Positions 59,456 through 64,000 of a stretch of 64,000 nucleotides of DNA are shown piece by piece. How positions within the stretch are numbered: position 1 is the stretch's first letter; each line of letters starts with the position of its first letter. The stretch is from an uncultured Coxiellaceae bacterium (lineage in GTDB: Bacteria; Pseudomonadota; Gammaproteobacteria; DSM-16500). The DNA lies in assembly GCA_964623075.1 (NCBI GenBank), contig CAZUVD010000006.1, positions 333 through 64,332 of the forward strand, read 5' to 3'. The translations under genes and the position numbers were made by a program. The notes under the pieces were generated by a model. The model was not told the origin of the DNA and did not search any database. It saw only the letters and a program-made list of their open reading frames with translations.

Positions 59456-60437
59456 GTAGTTTGGAAGTCAACCTTTCAAGAATCTCAGGGTTCTCTTCTA
59501 GGTGGGCAATAACATTTGGCTTGCCCTGACCCAGATTCTCGCCAGTTGCAGTGTCGGTCATCCAACCACCACCGCCTGAAGTAATGAGTCCAGCCTTGAT
59601 AGCTAGATCAATGATAGCTGATTCATTGCTGATGCCAAAATCAAAGTAGATATCAAAGCTGGCCTTCTGGAATGGTGGTGCAAACTTACTTTTCTTTAGA
59701 GTCACCTGGGATGTCTGACCTATTACATCTGTTCCCTTGGTAATGTTTCCAGTACGAGCAACTTCCATAGTTGTAGCAGAGTAATACTTCAAAGCTTTAC
59801 CACCGGGAGTAGTTTTTTGTGGTGCTGGACCATAACCGCCGATGTTTTCTCTCTGTTGATTGATGAAAAACAGTATTGTTTCTGATCTATTCTCCATCAT
59901 AAACTGGTTGATCTTACGAAGCCCCTGGGAAAGAAGCCGTGCCAATCCAGCAACGTGAGCGTCACCAAAGTCACCAGCAATCTCTGCTTCGGTAGCCATA
60001 GCAGCAACCGAATCAATAATGATAGCAGAAACATCATCAGCACCTAAACACATTTCGATAATCTCTAGTGTATCCTCTGCTGAATTAGGCTGTGAAACAA
60101 ACAGTTCATCCATATTGACACCGGAGTTCTCAGCCTTTGCAGGATCTAGAGCGTTCTCCCAATCTATATAGACTACTCTACCATATTTCTGTGCCTGGGC
60201 AGCGAACTGGATACCAATAGCAGACTTACCACCGCCCTCAACCCCCCAACTCAGAGCAATTTTCCCTTTTGGTAGACCTCCACGAAGGATATGATCTAGA
60301 CCTATGATACCAGTAGGGATTCTATCAATATCATAATCCATATCACTCAAACAAACTAATGAGTTATCCCCGTGTAGTTTGTTGATTTCCTTTTGGATAT
60401 CTGTTAAGGAATTATTTTTTGCCTTTACCACGTTCAT
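59433..60437 (-). CDS. recA: RecA recombinase
   Basis: IPTG...LD...GGLPKG, G.EGGGKS, YID.E.ALD, IIDSVAA, FINQ.R, TPGGKALKYYS, APPF and GQG motifs. Confidence 0.95.
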   Translation of the reverse strand: MNVVKAKNNSLTDIQKEINKLHGDNSLVCLSDMDYDIDRIPTGIIGLDHILRGGLPKGKIALSWGVEGGGKSAIGIQFAAQAQKYGRVVYIDWENALDPAKAENSGVNMDELFVSQPNSAEDTLEIIEMCLGADDVSAIIIDSVAAMATEAEIAGDFGDAHVAGLARLLSQGLRKINQFMMENRSETILFFINQQRENIGGYGPAPQKTTPGGKALKYYSATTMEVARTGNITKGTDVIGQTSQVTLKKSKFAPPFQKASFDIYFDFGISNESAIIDLAIKAGLITSGGGGWMTDTATGENLGQGKPNVIAHLEENPEILERLTSKLLDTGRSI

Positions 60438-60538
60438 CCTTTTCTTCGTCATCTGAGAGGTATTCTCTCTCGTAATACGCTTGCATTTCTTTGTGTAGTT
60501 TCTTCTTATCTCTACGCTGTCTTGACCAGGGGTTACCT

Positions 60539-63500
60539 TCACCCATTTTTACTGCCTTTCTTTTCTTGATTATATTCTTGGAAGAGATGAGCAACATCTC
60601 TTTTTAATTGACCATCTGGATCAACGAAGTATTCATTATTTAATTTCAACACTGCCGACCTACTTGTATAAAGTCTCATCGGATACTTTCCAGCGTGAGA
60701 TAAAACAATGCCTTTAAGCTTAGACATATATTTAGTATCTAAGTGGAATTTCTTTGGTAGATAGATACCGAAGATCTGATCTACAGATTCTCTTTGTTGG
60801 TTATCTATTGTAGTACACTCTGCAAGGACATAGTTCTTCTGGTCCCTGTAGTCTCTACCAACTCGCAGTTTCACAAAGGAGATGCCGTCTTTAAAGAGTT
60901 GACTCTTAAATTCACTGAAGGATCTAGGGAAGACCACCACGTCAAGAGAACCTGTCTGATCCTCTACAGCTATAGTCGCCATAGCGTCACCCTTCTTGGT
61001 GTATTTAATATTGATATCAGATACCATACAGAGTACGTTGTAGACAGTTTTAGAATCTTCCATCTCTTTAATATCTGAGATATTATACTTAGTCTTCCTG
61101 TCTGGGAAGCTGTCTAGAGGATGACCGGATACATAGATACCTAACGTGTCCTTCTCCATCTTAAGAAGTTCCATCTCGGAGAATTCTGTCTCTGGTATAT
61201 TGAATTCAACGACAGACTCTACATTAAAGAGCGAGGTTTGATCCTTGGATATTTTCTTAGCTTCTTTACGAGTTGCCTTAAGAATATCATCTGCTATAGC
61301 AGCAATACCTTGACGTGTTCCGAAGGTATCAAGAGCACCAGAATAAGCTAGAGATTTAAAAGCCTGGACGTTAGGATTGAATCTTTTAGCGAAGTCATAT
61401 AGGCTAGTGAATTCTCCATGAGCTTGACGCTCTGCGATAAGATTGTTAGTAGCACCCTCGCCAAGATTCTTCATGGCGTTGAGTCCAATTCTAATACCGT
61501 CTTCCTCTACTGTGTAGATTGTTTGAGAAGTATTAAGATCAGGTGGGTATACCTTCAGACCTAGACGGCGTGTCTCGTTCAAGTAGACTGCGCTCTTATC
61601 CATATCACTCATCACAGAACTACAGAGTGAAGCCATATATTCCTTAGGATGATGGACTTTAAGATACGCTGTCCAGTATGTAATGTAACCGTAGCCCATT
61701 GAGTGAGCCTTGTTGAAGCCATACGAAGCGAAGCCTTCGATCATCTGGAATAGATCACTAGAGAATGCTGGTTCGTAACCGTTCTCAATACAACCGGAAA
61801 CAAACTTAGATTTCTCAGCAGCCATCTTCTCTGGTAGTTTCTTACCCATGATCTTACGAAGATTGTCAGCCTCAGCCATAGTGTAGCCAGCAAACTCCTT
61901 ACTGATTTCCATGACCTGCTCCTGATAGATAGCAAGCTGATAAGTCTCAGATAGAATATCTTTGGCAACCTCGTGGAATGACTTAGCTGGCTGTAAACCA
62001 TTTTTACGGTCAGCATAATCATAATGCATATTCATAGCCATAGGACCGGGACGATACAAAGCTAACACCGCAGAGATGTCATCAATAGATGTAGGACGAA
62101 GACGTTCTAGTAAGTCTCTCATCTGTGGAGACTCAACTTGGAACACCGCTATACCCTCACCTCGTTGTAGCATTGAATAGACATCAGGATCATCAAGAGA
62201 GATTGTTTCAAGATAGTCGAACGGTAAATTCAATCTTTGTAATGTATCAGAGATAACATCAAGATTTCTCAGCCCAAGAAAGTCCATCTTTAGAAGGCCA
62301 AGGTCTTCTACAATATCTTTACCATACTGAGTAGTGATGGGTTTATTAGCTCTACGCTGTAGAGGAATTAATTCACTTAGTGGTTGATCACCAATCACAA
62401 CAGCAGCAGCGTGGATACCATCTTGACGGACAAGACCTTCCAGTCCCATCGCAGCATCAATAACTTCTCTCACCTGGGGATCTGAATTATACATATCCCG
62501 TAGCTCTTGTGCATTCTTAAAGCCAGACTCGTGCTTAGCTTCCTCTTTAAAACAAGCATAAAGTGGAGTGTCTACACCCATGATAAGTGGTGGCATAGCC
62601 TTAGCAATCTTATCACCAACAGACCAGTCATAGCCAAGCACTCTAGCTGAATCTCTTACCGCAGTTCTCGCCTTGATCGTATTGAATGTAATAATCTGTG
62701 CTACATGATCCTCGCCATACTTATCACGAGTATAGTTGATCATCTTTTCACGGTAACGTGTATCAATGTCCCAATCAATATCAGCAAGAGCAATACGGTC
62801 TGGGTTTATAAAGCGTTCGAAGATGAGTCCATGTCGGATAGGATCTAATTTTGTAATGCGTAGCGCATAACTGACGATACAGCCAGCAGCAGAGCCTCGC
62901 CCTGGGCCAGTGAAGATGCGTTCCTTGTCAGCAAACTTAACAAGATCCCAGAAGATCAAGAAGTAAGATGATAGGTTCATACTTTTAATAACTGATAGCT
63001 CATAAGCCGCACGTTCATAGACCTCTTGCGAAGGATTCTCATAACGTAGCTTTAGACCTTCCATCGTAAGATGTTCTAAGAAGTCATAGTCACTATCGAA
63101 ACCTTCTGGAACAGGGAACTTTGGAAGGTGTAGAGTATCAAAATCAATTTCAACATCTGCACGCTCTGCGATGAGTAGTGTGTTATCGCAAGCCTCTATG
63201 GTATCAGAGAATAGACTTCTCATTTCCTGTGCAGACTTAAGATAGTATTGATCGTTGTGGAACTTGAATCTCTTAGGATCAGACATCTTAGATCCGGTCT
63301 GGCAGCACAATAGAACATCATGATGTTTTGAATCATGCTGGTGTGTATAGTGAGTATCCTGAGTACAAATTATAGGAGCCTCTATCTGCTTGGCTAGATC
63401 AACTAGTAAAGGATTAGTTCTACGTTGTTCTGAGAGTCCGTGATTCATCGTTTCGATGAAGAAGTTCTCTTTGCCAACTATGTCCTGTAGATGTCCAGCT

Positions 63501-64000
63501 ACCAGCAACGCTCCATTGAAGTCACCATGAAGTAACTTTTGTAGAACGGGTCCACCAAGACATCCAGAGCCTACCATGAGGCCATTGGAATGTTCCTCTA
63601 GCATAGAATAATCCGTGCGGGGCTTGTAGTACATTCCGTTTAAGAATGCATCACTGGATAGTTTTAGAAGGTTATGATATCCCTCATTATTCTCAGCCCA
63701 AATAGAGAGGTGGTAATATCTTTTATCACTACCATCAATTTCTCCGTTTTCGTTCTCTTGCTTTACAACTTCTTTTAAGAGTCTGTCATCAGAGAAGTAA
63801 AACTCTTGTCCAAGGACAGGTTTAATCTCTTTCTTTTTGCACTCACGATAGAAGTCTATAATACCATTTAAGTTACCATGATCAGAGATACCTAAACCGG
63901 GCATACCAAGTTCGACGGCACGGTCAACCAACTCTGGGATCTTAGAAGCACCGTCTAACTGGCTGTAACTTGTGTGTGTATGTAACGAAACGAAAGAATC
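60539..64000 (-). CDS. dnaE: DNA polymerase III alpha subunit (5' end lies beyond the window)
   Basis: Frame stays open to the edge (FVSLHTHTSYSQLDG); SDHG, GPGRGSAAG, FERF.NP.R..DIDWD, KMDFLGL, YRPGPM, YQEQ, YGFNKAH and G.YVSGHPL motifs. Confidence 0.97.
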   Translation of the reverse strand, partial: DSFVSLHTHTSYSQLDGASKIPELVDRAVELGMPGLGISDHGNLNGIIDFYRECKKKEIKPVLGQEFYFSDDRLLKEVVKQENENGEIDGSDKRYYHLSIWAENNEGYHNLLKLSSDAFLNGMYYKPRTDYSMLEEHSNGLMVGSGCLGGPVLQKLLHGDFNGALLVAGHLQDIVGKENFFIETMNHGLSEQRRTNPLLVDLAKQIEAPIICTQDTHYTHQHDSKHHDVLLCCQTGSKMSDPKRFKFHNDQYYLKSAQEMRSLFSDTIEACDNTLLIAERADVEIDFDTLHLPKFPVPEGFDSDYDFLEHLTMEGLKLRYENPSQEVYERAAYELSVIKSMNLSSYFLIFWDLVKFADKERIFTGPGRGSAAGCIVSYALRITKLDPIRHGLIFERFINPDRIALADIDWDIDTRYREKMINYTRDKYGEDHVAQIITFNTIKARTAVRDSARVLGYDWSVGDKIAKAMPPLIMGVDTPLYACFKEEAKHESGFKNAQELRDMYNSDPQVREVIDAAMGLEGLVRQDGIHAAAVVIGDQPLSELIPLQRRANKPITTQYGKDIVEDLGLLKMDFLGLRNLDVISDTLQRLNLPFDYLETISLDDPDVYSMLQRGEGIAVFQVESPQMRDLLERLRPTSIDDISAVLALYRPGPMAMNMHYDYADRKNGLQPAKSFHEVAKDILSETYQLAIYQEQVMEISKEFAGYTMAEADNLRKIMGKKLPEKMAAEKSKFVSGCIENGYEPAFSSDLFQMIEGFASYGFNKAHSMGYGYITYWTAYLKVHHPKEYMASLCSSVMSDMDKSAVYLNETRRLGLKVYPPDLNTSQTIYTVEEDGIRIGLNAMKNLGEGATNNLIAERQAHGEFTSLYDFAKRFNPNVQAFKSLAYSGALDTFGTRQGIAAIADDILKATRKEAKKISKDQTSLFNVESVVEFNIPETEFSEMELLKMEKDTLGIYVSGHPLDSFPDRKTKYNISDIKEMEDSKTVYNVLCMVSDINIKYTKKGDAMATIAVEDQTGSLDVVVFPRSFSEFKSQLFKDGISFVKLRVGRDYRDQKNYVLAECTTIDNQQRESVDQIFGIYLPKKFHLDTKYMSKLKGIVLSHAGKYPMRLYTSRSAVLKLNNEYFVDPDGQLKRDVAHLFQEYNQEKKGSKNG

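Noticed and set aside
59433-64000. Inteins or introns in recA or dnaE
   Set aside because: Both proteins are normal length with contiguous conserved motifs and no splicing signatures

Overview
This window is one contiguous stretch of a large tailed-phage genome, probably with an actinobacterial host (inferred from the gene families and the high-GC left end). By eye, positions 1-1510 are very GC-rich, about 70% or more, and the rest is roughly 40-45% GC. Positions ~1500-6600 are poor in ORFs and dense in RNA structure. They hold two pistol ribozymes, tRNA mimics lacking a normal anticodon arm, repeated pseudoknots and unnamed structured motifs, micro-ORFs and an A/T-tract repeat array. Positions ~6600-58500 are a tightly packed, almost entirely plus-strand gene block. 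It contains 8 tRNAs and an RNA/tRNA repair toolkit (CCA-adding enzyme, two RNA ligases, PNK-like kinase, phosphoesterases, SpoU methyltransferase). It also contains two NAD+ salvage modules (PnuC-NadR and NadM/Nudix-Nampt), a truncated PPDK-like dikinase next to a CX5R phosphatase, an SNF2 helicase, RuvB-like and Ku-like proteins, a DNA ligase and five homing-type endonucleases. After a pair of converging terminators come minus-strand SLT, recA and dnaE genes, the last running off the right edge. No structural or integrase genes are visible. The strongest novelty candidates are: (1) an RNA punctuation system in which stop codons are followed by a pistol ribozyme, a pseudoknot or an unnamed 3-copy motif, often just before a tRNA or mini-tRNA; (2) the dikinase-phosphatase-partner module; (3) an RNA ligase plus SpoU pair; and (4) ~10-bp periodic gyrase-site-like patches embedded in coding DNA. 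All calls come from reading motifs by eye; no searches or folding programs were run.
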